From Bacteroidales bacterium (GTDB lineage: Bacteria > Bacteroidota > Bacteroidia > Bacteroidales > Muribaculaceae), in assembly GCA_020860515.1 (NCBI GenBank), contig JAJBUG010000029.1, positions 7,413-71,412 on the forward strand: a stretch of 64,000 bases of DNA, in the 5' to 3' direction. Below are positions 10,317 through 19,864 of this stretch, piece by piece; position 1 is the stretch's first letter, and each line of letters opens with the position of its first letter. The notes beneath the pieces were generated by a model. That model had not been told where the DNA came from. It worked only from the letters and a program-made list of their open reading frames with translations, and did not search any database. Made by a program: the position numbers and the translations under genes.

Positions 10317-10381
10317 AAATCTTCGCTTCCCCGCTTTCCCGACAAAAAAATAATTTTTGAAAAAAATAAATCATTTTATAT

Positions 10382-11893
10382 ATGAAAGCAATTTGCTTCA
10401 ATTTCGAAATCCATCAGCCGATGCGCCTCAAGCGCTACACATTCTTCGACATCGGCAACGACCACTACTACTACGATGACTTCCTCAACGAGGACATCAT
10501 CTCGCGCATAGCAGAGCGCAGCTACATCCCCGCAGCCAAGACACTGCTCAAGATGATTCAGGACAACAAGGGCAAGTTCCGCTGCTCAATCTCAATCACT
10601 GGCACAGCCATCGAGCAATTTGAGCAATATGTGCCCGAGTTCATCGACCTGCTCCGCGAGCTCGCAGCCACTGGCAAATGCGAATTCACCGCTATGCCCT
10701 ACGCCAACTCGCTGGCTGCCCTCACCGACCCCGATGAATGGCAGGCTCAAATCCAAGTGCACGCTGAGAAGCTGAAGGCTCTATTCAACGTAACTCCCAA
10801 GGTGCTCCGCAACACAGAGCTTATCTATTGCGACGAATTGGCCCCCCAAATCCTGGCAATGGGTTACAAGGGCGTGATGACCGAGGGCGCAAAGCATATC
10901 CTGGGCTGGAAGAGCCCTAACTATGTGTATTCAGCCGCTTCGGCCCCTAAGCTGAAGATTATGCTTCGCAACAGCAAGCTGAGCGAGGATATCGCTGCCC
11001 GCTTCAACGACCACAGCTGGCCTGAATTCCCCCTCACAGCCGACAAATACATTGATTGGATTGCCCAGACCCCCGAGGAGGAGCAGGTGGTCAATCTGTG
11101 GATGAATCTTGAGACATTCGGTGGAATGCAGCCCGCTGAGACTGGTATCTTCCAGTTCTTAGAGGCTCTCCCACGCTTCGCTCAGGAAAAGGGCATAGAG
11201 TTCTGGACCCCCAGCGAGGTTTGCAGCAAGATCAAGCCTATCGACAGCCTGGTGGTTATGCACCCGATTTCATGCATCGACGAGGCTCGCGACACCAGCG
11301 CATGGCTTGGCAACAAGCTTCAGAACGAAGCTTTCAACAAGCTCTACAGCGTGGCTGAGCGCGTACGCATCTGCGACGACCGGCGCCTGAAGCAGGATTA
11401 CTGGTATCTGCAAGGCGCTGACAACCTCTACTACATGAGCACCAAGCACTTCGCTGATGGCGCTGCTCACAGCATGTTCAGCCCCTATGAGACTCCGTTC
11501 CAGGCCTTCACCAACTATATGAATGTCCTCAGCGACTTCATCGTGCGTGTAGAGGAGCAATACCCAAGCACCATCGAGAACGAGGAACTCAACGCTCTGC
11601 TCACCACCATCCGCAACCAAGGTCGTGAAATCGAAACTCTCAACAAGGAGGTAGAATCGATGCGCCGCAGCGAGGAGCAGTACAACATCGAGCACGCTTT
11701 GCGCGAGCCCAAGAAGGAAGAGGCTCCTAAGGAAGAGGCCAAGGCAGAGAAGGCTCCCAAGGCTGAAGATGCCCCCAAGGAGAAAAAGAAACCAGGTCCC
11801 AAGCCCAAAGCAAAGGCCGAAGCCCCCGCTGAGCCAGCCGAAAAGCCCGCTCGCAAAAAGCCCGGTCCCAAGCCCAAAGCCAAAGTTGAATAA
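10382..11893 (+). CDS. GH57 glycoside hydrolase (alpha-amylase/branching-type) with Lys/Pro/Ala/Glu-rich tail
   Basis: FEIHQP (GH57 CSR1), RNTELIY (nucleophile region), NLWMNLETFG. Located in the glycogen cluster. Confidence 0.9.
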   Translation: MKAICFNFEIHQPMRLKRYTFFDIGNDHYYYDDFLNEDIISRIAERSYIPAAKTLLKMIQDNKGKFRCSISITGTAIEQFEQYVPEFIDLLRELAATGKCEFTAMPYANSLAALTDPDEWQAQIQVHAEKLKALFNVTPKVLRNTELIYCDELAPQILAMGYKGVMTEGAKHILGWKSPNYVYSAASAPKLKIMLRNSKLSEDIAARFNDHSWPEFPLTADKYIDWIAQTPEEEQVVNLWMNLETFGGMQPAETGIFQFLEALPRFAQEKGIEFWTPSEVCSKIKPIDSLVVMHPISCIDEARDTSAWLGNKLQNEAFNKLYSVAERVRICDDRRLKQDYWYLQGADNLYYMSTKHFADGAAHSMFSPYETPFQAFTNYMNVLSDFIVRVEEQYPSTIENEELNALLTTIRNQGREIETLNKEVESMRRSEEQYNIEHALREPKKEEAPKEEAKAEKAPKAEDAPKEKKKPGPKPKAKAEAPAEPAEKPARKKPGPKPKAKVE

Positions 11894-11911
11894 ACCCTAA
11901 CTTATTCAGAA

Positions 11912-11975
11912 TTTGACATGAAAACAGACTTTTTTGAGGTAAAAACCCCTCAAAAAAGTCTGTTTTCATGTCAAA
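11912..11975. terminator. Perfect 28-bp stem-loop between convergent genes (bidirectional terminator)
   Basis: TTTGACATGAAAACAGACTTTTTTGAGG - 8 nt loop - CCTCAAAAAAGTCTGTTTTCATGTCAAA. Confidence 0.8.
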
Positions 11976-12047
11976 AAACTCCTTTTGTTATGACATGGGA
12001 GCATGGTAGCGGACGAAATGGTTAAAGTCGTCTACGGTGCAGAGGCG

Positions 12048-12791
12048 CTATATGCCGCCATACCATTTGAGGAACTGGTCGCGCCGCAGGGCGCTTACCG
12101 TGACCTTTTCGGTGAGGTGGCCAGCAGAAAGAGTGACAGAAAGGCGCCCTCGGAAAAATTTGCTCACCTGGTCTATCGCAGTGATTGACACAGTGATATT
12201 CCGGGCTATTTGGAAAAAGTCAGGACCTGACAATTGCTCAGAAACAGCTGTGAGGTTGGTATTTACCAAGAGCTTGCGCTCGCCTTGGCGCGTTATGGCA
12301 AACACATACTTGTCCTCGCTCTGCAGCCAAGCAATCTCTTCGATCGGAATGGCCGAGTAGCTGTCGCCGCTGGCACACAAAATTCGCTTGGCCGGCAATG
12401 GGTTAGAATCAGCAGCCAATTGGGCCGAAGATCGACTGCGGCGCAACTCAAACTTGTTGATAGCCATCAGCAATTCAGCTTCGGAAATGGGCTTTAGCAA
12501 ATAGTCCACACTGTCAGTCTTGAAAGCCTTAAGAGCAAAATCAGTATATGCAGTTGTAAAAATGATGGGCACATCCACATTGGTTTGGCTGAAAATGTCA
12601 AAGCAGTTTCCGTCAGCGAGCTCGATATCCATAAAGACCAAATCCACTTGAGCCGACGTACTGAAAAATTCTATGGCCTCGGACAAAGAGTCGCTTTCGC
12701 ATACCACCTGGTAGTCGGGCTTCATGCGCTTGAGATTGAGCTTAAGCTGCTCGCGAGCAAAGAGTTCGTCTTCAAAAATGGCAACTTTCAT
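12048..12791 (-). CDS. LytR/AlgR-family response regulator (REC + LytTR)
   Basis: IFEDE, LVFMDIELADG, IIFTTAY, DYLLKP; C-terminal FFQIARNITV LytTR motif. Confidence 0.92.
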   Translation of the reverse strand: MKVAIFEDELFAREQLKLNLKRMKPDYQVVCESDSLSEAIEFFSTSAQVDLVFMDIELADGNCFDIFSQTNVDVPIIFTTAYTDFALKAFKTDSVDYLLKPISEAELLMAINKFELRRSRSSAQLAADSNPLPAKRILCASGDSYSAIPIEEIAWLQSEDKYVFAITRQGERKLLVNTNLTAVSEQLSGPDFFQIARNITVSITAIDQVSKFFRGRLSVTLSAGHLTEKVTVSALRRDQFLKWYGGI

Positions 12792-12805
12792 AACAATGAT
12801 ATAAT

Positions 12806-13816
12806 TTATAGATAAGGCACAATGGCCACAAATCGGTCATCCACCTTCTGAGCCACAAACTGACGTCCGTAACGGTTGTAAAGCTCAGTCAGATACCTAA
12901 GACCAGTTCCGGATGATGCCTCATGCTCGGCATTTATCTTAGGGTGTATGGGGTTGCTGACTATTATGGAATCCGAGGCCACTTCAATGCTCACATGCAT
13001 TGGACATTGAGTACGGATTGCGTTATGCTTGGTAATGTTTTCTATTAGCAGTTGCAAGCAGTAGGGAATCACCTCCTGGCTATTTGCTTCGGTCTGCCCC
13101 GTAATGTCTACGAAGAAGCAATCATGGTATCTGATGCTGAGCACATCAATGTAAGACTGCAGAAACGCCAGCTCTTCTTTCACCTTTACCCTTTGTGTCT
13201 GTTGCTGTGACAGGATGTAGCGATACATTTGCGAGAGCGACAATATGAACTCTCTCGACTTCTCCACATCAATGCTGGTGAGTGAATACAGGATGTTGAG
13301 CGAATTGAACAAGAAATGTGGATTCACCTGCATTTTCAGCATGTCGTACTGCATTCGCGTGGCCAAATGCCGTTGCTGCTCTTCTCGAAATTTTGATTCA
13401 CGGTAATGCATTATGAAATACGCCATTTCATTGAGCAGCAAAATCAAAGTGTCACTAAGCAGAGTGCCTGCCCAATCCACATGCCCCTCACGGTGGAAAC
13501 ACCATGTCTGCACCCCCAAGAACACTAAATTCACCACAGCGGTTGCCATCATTGAGAGCACCAAGTCAACCACGATTTTCAGGCCAATCAGCTTGATTCT
13601 GCGTGAAAGATTGAACACAATCAATGCGTTCAGGCAGAACAAAGCCAAGATTGGGAAGAAATTATACGCAAAACCCGTCAGTGCTTGGCTCAAATTGCCG
13701 TAAGGATAAATTGAGTCGAAAGCCACCATGTTGTAGAAAGCCTGAAACCACAGGTAATACAGGAATATTACCACCAGGTATATTCCAGCTTTCTTGTATG
13801 TTAGTTTTGCATCCAT
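12806..13816 (-). CDS. LytS/YehU-type membrane sensor histidine kinase
   Basis: Four TM helices, QVNPHFLFNSLN H-box, LQLLIENITKH, GTGL. Start moved to the ATG at 13816 because a TATCTTTG -7 element lies at 13824-13831, inside the longer ORF. Confidence 0.85.
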   Translation of the reverse strand: MDAKLTYKKAGIYLVVIFLYYLWFQAFYNMVAFDSIYPYGNLSQALTGFAYNFFPILALFCLNALIVFNLSRRIKLIGLKIVVDLVLSMMATAVVNLVFLGVQTWCFHREGHVDWAGTLLSDTLILLLNEMAYFIMHYRESKFREEQQRHLATRMQYDMLKMQVNPHFLFNSLNILYSLTSIDVEKSREFILSLSQMYRYILSQQQTQRVKVKEELAFLQSYIDVLSIRYHDCFFVDITGQTEANSQEVIPYCLQLLIENITKHNAIRTQCPMHVSIEVASDSIIVSNPIHPKINAEHEASSGTGLRYLTELYNRYGRQFVAQKVDDRFVAIVPYL

Positions 13817-13921
13817 ATCGATGCAAAGATAATAATTTTCCATCGAATTACCAAAAACCGGCCCTTTTCGGCAAAGGACCGGCATTCTAAGGGTGCAAAA
13901 ATCTAATTTATGAGAAAAACT

Positions 13922-16597
13922 TTACTTCACAATCTTGTCAGAGATCGCAGAACCGTTGGAAAGTATGCGCACTCGCACATAAATGCCCCTTTCCGGATTA
14001 GCCACTTTTCGACCCTGCAGGTCATAGTAGACAACCTGAATTACATCAGAATCAAAGTTACGAACATCTGTTAGTGAGTCCACGCCATCGATGGTGTACA
14101 TTGAGGCATAGCCTACGCATACCAGATTGGCAAGAGATTGAGAGCTTAACACAAATGAGCGCTTGCCATTGACTGCAAGGCATGAGATGCCATAGTCGTC
14201 ACGGAGATTATTTTTGGCCTCGCCTACGCTTTTGGCAGTGACTTCGCCATTCAGGCTTACAGCTGCCACCATTTCTTTCACCTGTGTGCCATTGGTTTCC
14301 CATCCGGCCACCACAATGCCTTCATCGTTAAGGACAGCGCGATAGGCGTAGGTGTATTGCGTGGGCGAGTCTATGTCGCAAGTCCATGCGGGGGTCAGGG
14401 AGCTATCATTGGCCAAAGCCATTATTCGGCCCACAATGGTCATTGTGCCAGCTGGTGTTACAGTGCCGCACAGGTAAGGCTGGTCATCTTTGCCCACTAT
14501 TGTCTCATAGAAGCCCAAATCATCACAAATCTTTTCCTCGACGATATTGCCATCGGCATCAATTATGGCATAATATGCGTTATCGCCAGCTCCTCCGCAA
14601 ACGTAAGTGCGGCCGGCAGTGTCGCTCCAAGCTCCGTACAAGCACCCATCAATGGCAGTCATCGGCAGGTCGTAAATCACTGTGCCATCAGTGGTGCCTT
14701 TGAGTACGCAGCCCACCATGTTGAAATCAGCATCGTAGCCCATGCCATAGGCCAGCACATCGCCATTCTGGTCGATTGTGCCTGCATAAGGCTGCATGTA
14801 ATTCATCGATGATAATTCAGAATAAGTGAATGTGCCTTCAGGATTTGCTTTTTGCACCAGGATGATAGGCATCCAGAAAGAATTATAACCAGAACTGAGT
14901 ATATAGATAGCTCCATCGGCCTGCCACTGCGCATTGAGCATCGAGGGGTACATTGCGCCCTGGTCGGCAATGGTGGTCGACAATATGTTGCCTTCTTGGT
15001 CGAAATTGGCTATGAATGAATAGTTAGTGCCATAGTCGTCGCCTGTGCTTTCACTGATGCCCACCAGGGTGACAGTGTTGTCGGCATTGATGTGCACGAA
15101 ATTTCCCTGACCGGCAATGCCATCGCATTTGGTGTACCAAGCCAGTTTGCCATCGGCGTCATACTTTGCCAGAGCCGGTGCGCCGCTAATGGTAATGGCT
15201 GCAAAGGCTGAGCCATCGTCAGCAATTGTGCCTGAGCCTGTGTAGTCGCAAGGCACATAGCCCTTGTCAGCCATAACATGCCAAAGCTGCTTTTCAGAAT
15301 CCTTTATGTCGTATGCGGCAAAGAATGGGCTGTAGCCAGCAGTCAAATCCTCGGGGCGCAGATAGCCTGCGAAATAGAAGGTGTCGTTGCTGAACGATGA
15401 CATGCCATCGGTCGAGTAAGCATAACTGTAATTGTTGTCAATCACATCTGCGCAATATGATACCAGCTTTCCGCTGTCGGCCGCCAATGTGTACCAGAAC
15501 ACCAGGAAATCGCCCGTATGGCCACCGGCCACGAAATCGCCGTTCGAGGCTACGCCCAAGGTGTAAGCGTATCCCTCGCACACTGCCGTATCCGGGATGG
15601 CAAAGCCATTGTTAGTCCAAATCACTGCCCCATCCTCGCCCGAAAGTTTTGCTACTCGGTGAGCAGCGTTTGACTTATGCCACATGTAAACATTTCCGTC
15701 ATCGCATGGCGCCACCACTGGCGAATAATAATTTGTGTCGAATTCAATGGTCTGAGAGGTCCATTTGGTGTTGAGATAACCGTTTGAGTAGAAGCAACGC
15801 TCAACTGTGTAGCCCACACCGCTTTCAAGGACAAAATAAAAGTCTTCGGCGTCGGCAGCACCGCACTTGTAGCTTCCTGAGCGTGTCTTTGGGGCATCAC
15901 TGCTTTCAATCGGGAAAATTATAAGCTGGCCATCTGTGTATGGGCCACTTTCGATTACAGTGACCAGAGCATTGTCGTTCGACACCACGCTGATTGGCAC
16001 AGAAATGCTACCGCTGGGCGCATACGTGCTTGAGGCTTTTTCTTCGAGGTCGTAGCCATAGTATTTATAAGTGTACTGTCCGGCCAATGTCGAGGAATTG
16101 CGGGCCGAGAAAAAGAGAGTAAAGCCAGACGTTAGTGCTTCGAAATTGCTAATCATCACCTCGCTGTTGCCATTGTCTATTACAAATAGGCCGTCAGCTT
16201 GCCCGTCGGCAGAGAATTTTGCCACATAGGGCTTGGTAATGTTGTCCTGGAGAGTGGTGCCAGTCACAAATATGCAGCCATTTGGCCCTTCGATCACACG
16301 CTGCGCAGTAGTTTGAGTGGCAGCCTGGATTGACTGCTGCCACAGGGTTTTGCCCTGCATGTCCATCTTTAATACTCGCCCCTCGTAAATATCGCCATTG
16401 GCACCTGTGGTGTATACTCCCACGCATTTGCCGTCGGCGGTAGGGATTAGTTGACCGTCCTCACACGAGGTATCTCCCTCGGCCATGTCGATTGTTGCGG
16501 TCCAGTCCTGCTTAATAGGTCCTTCATTCTCGACTGCGCCAAAAGCGCCGGCGCATATGCCAAGAGCCAAGGAAAATAGTAGGTATTTGTTTGCCAT
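13922..16597 (-). CDS. T9SS-secreted protein, repeated beta-propeller-like blades plus C-terminal sorting domain
   Basis: Signal peptide. Repeated D..G..(L/V)W motifs. C-terminus VVYYDLQGRKVANPERGIYV...KIVK typical of a T9SS CTD. Confidence 0.8.
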   Translation of the reverse strand: MANKYLLFSLALGICAGAFGAVENEGPIKQDWTATIDMAEGDTSCEDGQLIPTADGKCVGVYTTGANGDIYEGRVLKMDMQGKTLWQQSIQAATQTTAQRVIEGPNGCIFVTGTTLQDNITKPYVAKFSADGQADGLFVIDNGNSEVMISNFEALTSGFTLFFSARNSSTLAGQYTYKYYGYDLEEKASSTYAPSGSISVPISVVSNDNALVTVIESGPYTDGQLIIFPIESSDAPKTRSGSYKCGAADAEDFYFVLESGVGYTVERCFYSNGYLNTKWTSQTIEFDTNYYSPVVAPCDDGNVYMWHKSNAAHRVAKLSGEDGAVIWTNNGFAIPDTAVCEGYAYTLGVASNGDFVAGGHTGDFLVFWYTLAADSGKLVSYCADVIDNNYSYAYSTDGMSSFSNDTFYFAGYLRPEDLTAGYSPFFAAYDIKDSEKQLWHVMADKGYVPCDYTGSGTIADDGSAFAAITISGAPALAKYDADGKLAWYTKCDGIAGQGNFVHINADNTVTLVGISESTGDDYGTNYSFIANFDQEGNILSTTIADQGAMYPSMLNAQWQADGAIYILSSGYNSFWMPIILVQKANPEGTFTYSELSSMNYMQPYAGTIDQNGDVLAYGMGYDADFNMVGCVLKGTTDGTVIYDLPMTAIDGCLYGAWSDTAGRTYVCGGAGDNAYYAIIDADGNIVEEKICDDLGFYETIVGKDDQPYLCGTVTPAGTMTIVGRIMALANDSSLTPAWTCDIDSPTQYTYAYRAVLNDEGIVVAGWETNGTQVKEMVAAVSLNGEVTAKSVGEAKNNLRDDYGISCLAVNGKRSFVLSSQSLANLVCVGYASMYTIDGVDSLTDVRNFDSDVIQVVYYDLQGRKVANPERGIYVRVRILSNGSAISDKIVK

Positions 16598-16764
16598 AAT
16601 CTTATGTGTTGGTGATTACATTGATTTTTGCACACAAAGTTATGACATCTGAAACCCCTTACCTACCAAAATCTGACGAAAGCGAATATTCGGCTACCGA
16701 ACTTGACTATATTCTTCCCGACTCTTGGGAAACTTATCCGTAAATCAGCGGAAAAGGGGGGATT

Positions 16765-17781
16765 TTAAGGCTCGGGGGCGTAGTAGTGGGTGAAGGAGTC
16801 GATGGCGGCGACGGTGCGGATGCGCTCGTTTTGAGTTTGGTTGCGGTAGCTGGGAGCAATGGTTGGAGGGAGTTGATGAGCCACAGTGTCGCGGAACCGT
16901 ATCCAACGGAAAAAGCGTGTGGCTATCGTGTCAGTGATTTGCGGTTGCGACGCTTCATCCTTGGCAGGGCGAAGCACACCAGGCAACATTCCACGGAATT
17001 TTGCCCTTAATTTTTGGTCACTTACTGGTGTGCCTTGGAGCTTTATGGGAGTGCCATCAGCAGCGCCTAAAAGCTGGCGCATAGTGTTGGCTCGCGCTTG
17101 AAATCGCTCACTGGCTTCATTATTGCGCACCAACGACTTCATGGAATAGTTGCCATTAAATGCATCATCGGCCCTGTAATAAAGTTCTTCTAAAGAACTT
17201 TGATATTGGTTAAACAGATCCCATTCTTTACGGATTTCAGCCTGTGGAAATCTTTCTGCAACATCTGCAGTGACTCTCATGAGCAAAAACATATTTGCCA
17301 CACCTTCAATGTAACTATAACCATTCATAAAAATTTGGGCCCCAGCGGTACTATTTCCCAAATATCTCAGCAACGAATCCATAGCCACGGTGTAGCGAGT
17401 AACAGGATTGTCGAGATTAAGTTCGGACTTGGTAGCAAGCGAATCAATTACGTCCGTTACCTCCTTGCCCCAATTCCAATAATATTCACCAAAATCAGTA
17501 ATAGAATCTTTTGCCCAAAGCGAAAACATCATGCGATTGAGCAACGTTTCCAAGCTTTGAGCATTAGTCATCTCATAATCATAAATCAATGCCACATATT
17601 CATCGATGCCATGGGTTATGGTATCTTTGTCAGCACAATCCGTCATTGATAATCCATCATCCTGAGATTGGCTCTCTTCCAGAGCAGAACTCTCCTCCGT
17701 GGATTGAGAAGTCCTCTTACAATCCGCCATGCTCAAGCACAAAGCAGCCAACGTCGCCACTACCATCCATTTGCCTTTCAT
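16765..17781 (-). CDS. Hypothetical lipoprotein
   Basis: MKGKW...LCLSMADC lipobox-like N-terminus followed by a Ser/Glu linker. A -7 element (TATCTTTG) lies at 17863-17870. Confidence 0.65.
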   Translation of the reverse strand: MKGKWMVVATLAALCLSMADCKRTSQSTEESSALEESQSQDDGLSMTDCADKDTITHGIDEYVALIYDYEMTNAQSLETLLNRMMFSLWAKDSITDFGEYYWNWGKEVTDVIDSLATKSELNLDNPVTRYTVAMDSLLRYLGNSTAGAQIFMNGYSYIEGVANMFLLMRVTADVAERFPQAEIRKEWDLFNQYQSSLEELYYRADDAFNGNYSMKSLVRNNEASERFQARANTMRQLLGAADGTPIKLQGTPVSDQKLRAKFRGMLPGVLRPAKDEASQPQITDTIATRFFRWIRFRDTVAHQLPPTIAPSYRNQTQNERIRTVAAIDSFTHYYAPEP

Positions 17782-17921
17782 TGGTTTATTATTTCTATTA
17801 TAATCTACTCTTTTGAATAAACTAAAAATCTCGTTTTTTAATATAAGTCGTAACAATGTTTACAAAGATAGGAACATTTTGAGTAACATCAAAGTATATA
17901 CCTGGATTTTGCATTATTTAA

Positions 17922-18041
17922 TCCTATAAGGGTTTATGCCCAGGGTCATGTCCTGCGTGCGATGCTGAGCTGAAAGCCATTGATGATGCAATCCAACAGA
18001 AAAAGGAACAAGGTGAACACATCAATATACCTTACGTTTGA
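17922..18041 (+). pseudogene. Remnant of a Bacteroidales Cys-cluster N-terminal domain (C..G.C.G.CP.C..E motif)
   Basis: Hand translation gives SYKGLCPGSCPACDAELKAIDDAIQQKKEQGEHINIPYV*, with no start codon in frame. Confidence 0.4.
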
Positions 18042-18081
18042 AAACGAAGAGATTAATTTTTCTTGATTGTGGAAGCAAGCC

Positions 18082-19273
18082 CTATTGCTGGAGGCGGTCG
18101 ATGATGCGGAGCTTTGCTTCGGTGGGATGGGAATAGGCATTGCATTGAGCAAGGTACTCCTTAAGCTCGGTAAAGTCAGTGCCGTAAAGATTATCGCTGA
18201 ACCGCTGCAGTTTTTCCATTACTTCCACAAATGTAGCAGGTTGTTTTTGGCGCGTAAGCTTTCTCAATGCCAAGATATAGTCTTCACGGAATACAGTTGG
18301 CACGATTATTCTGGTCTGTTGGGCCTTAACCAATTCAGCGTTCATCATAATGCGTGATACTCGTCCGTTTCCATCATTGAATGGATGCACCTCACTAACC
18401 ATAAACATCATGAAAATAGCCCGTGCCATTGGATCTTGTAGGAATTTGTAGAATTGGAACCCTTTCTTCAGAGTACCCTTAACAAGCTGATGGTCCACGA
18501 ATTCGGTCATTCCAGCACGATTGTTGCGCTGTTTGAACGAGCCCGGATCCATTGAAGGACGCCCTGACAACAAAATTTCATGTCTTGACTGCAACAAAGA
18601 AAAGAACTCTGTTTCCGAATCTGGCGTTTTCATCATCTCTGAGCGATTTGATAATACACGGAATGTGCCCAAAATGTCATGAGAATCCTCATCACGTCGA
18701 GGAATGGGTATGCCTGAATCTACAATTTGTTTAGCCTCATCGATTGAGAATTCTGTCCCTTCGATATAGTTAGAGAAATAGCTCTCAAAGAAAGAAAACA
18801 AGCGGAAAGACTCTTCATCGGAGGTACGAGCAGGATAAGGCAAAAAAATGACCTGACTTCCGCGACACCTGCATACATTCCAACATCCAACGGTACTCGC
18901 TTGAAATGAAGAGCCCATTGAATGAAATATCTGTTGATTGTCCTTTGGGACCTTTTGATATGTTGATTACGATTCCAGGCAAATCTGTGACACGAGCCTT
19001 GCGGGAAGATGTCATTAAAAATTCGCCAGTTGGCGTAGGTCGCATTTCGTTAGCGCTGCGGTGGCTGATCACGGCTTCAGGGTATCTTTTGGCAAGGATG
19101 TCAATAAAATTACGGCGAATAATATATACAGGTTCATCGATAAGATTAGTGGTATATATCTTAGGGGCAAGTTTCCTTACCTTGCCTTGAGCCTCCAATG
19201 CGGAAATTGTACGTGACACCTCAGTGTCGGAGGATCCAAATATAATTTCTCGATTCAAATTGATATCACGCAT
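18082..19273 (-). pseudogene. Fic-family protein (N-terminal wHTH-like domain + Fic), split by internal deletion/frameshift
   Basis: The N-part (18815..19273) matches the long Fic family start (IIFGSSD..SR.IS.LE..GK.RK.APKIYT). The C-part carries FFESYFSNYIEGTEF and an intact HPFNDGNGRVSR. The frame changes at about 18850. Confidence 0.8.
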
Positions 19274-19280
19274 ATCGATT

Positions 19281-19430
19281 ACAAAAATTTGTTCCTAAAA
19301 ACCTGTTTTTTATGACAAAATTACAAATTTTTGTTCCTATAACCAAGAAAGACACAAATTTTTGTTCCTATAACCAAGAAAAACACAAATTTTTGTTCCT
19401 ATAACCAAGAAAAACACAAATTTTTTTCCC
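19281..19430. repeat. 31-bp tandem repeat with ACAAA-NN-TTTGT palindromes upstream of the Fic gene
   Basis: ACAAATTTTTGTTCCTATAACCAAGAAA(G/A)AC starting at 19323, 19354 and 19385, partial at 19416, plus ACAAAAATTTGTTCCTA at 19281. Confidence 0.9.
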
Positions 19431-19450
19431 TAAGAAATGATAGTCATTCT

Positions 19451-19864
19451 CTATGGCTTTATGGGCAGGGGACTGGTGGATGCGCCCCAAGAGCCTCGGT
19501 CAAGATTGCGGTAGCCACAGGCCTCGCGGATGTGGTCGGCGGTGACGCCGGGGCTGCCGGCCAGGTCGGCGATGGTGCGGGCCACCTTGAGGATTCGGTC
19601 GTAGGCGCGGGCGCTCATGTCGTACTTGGTCATCATCTTTTCCAAGATAGCACGGCTCTGGTCGTCGAGCACCACGTGCTGCTGGATTAGCCGGCTACCC
19701 ATCTGGGCGTTGCAATGCACGTTGGGCTCGTTGGCGAAGCGAGCCTCCTGTATCTGGCGTGCGGCAATCACTCGGGCGCGCATAGCTTCGCTGCGTTCGC
19801 CAGTGCCTCGCTCAGCAAGTTTCTCAAAGGGCACCGGAAAAATCTCACATTGAATGTCGATGCG
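19451..19864 (-). pseudogene. comM: 3' fragment of comM/yifB (Mg-chelatase-like AAA+ ATPase), 5' portion absent
   Basis: RIDIQCEIFPVPFEKL...SEAMRARVIAARQIQEARF...CNAQM...MSARAYDRILKVARTIADL....V..DHI.EA..YR.LDR. Homology begins abruptly at the RID motif. Confidence 0.88.

Noticed and set aside
17946-18152. 68-aa minus-strand ORF after the Fic gene
   Set aside because: No motifs, overlaps the Fic 3' end, and lies antisense to the Cys-cluster remnant.
19323-19430. CRISPR array (31-bp repeats)
   Set aside because: The repeats are contiguous with no unique spacers, and no cas genes are nearby.
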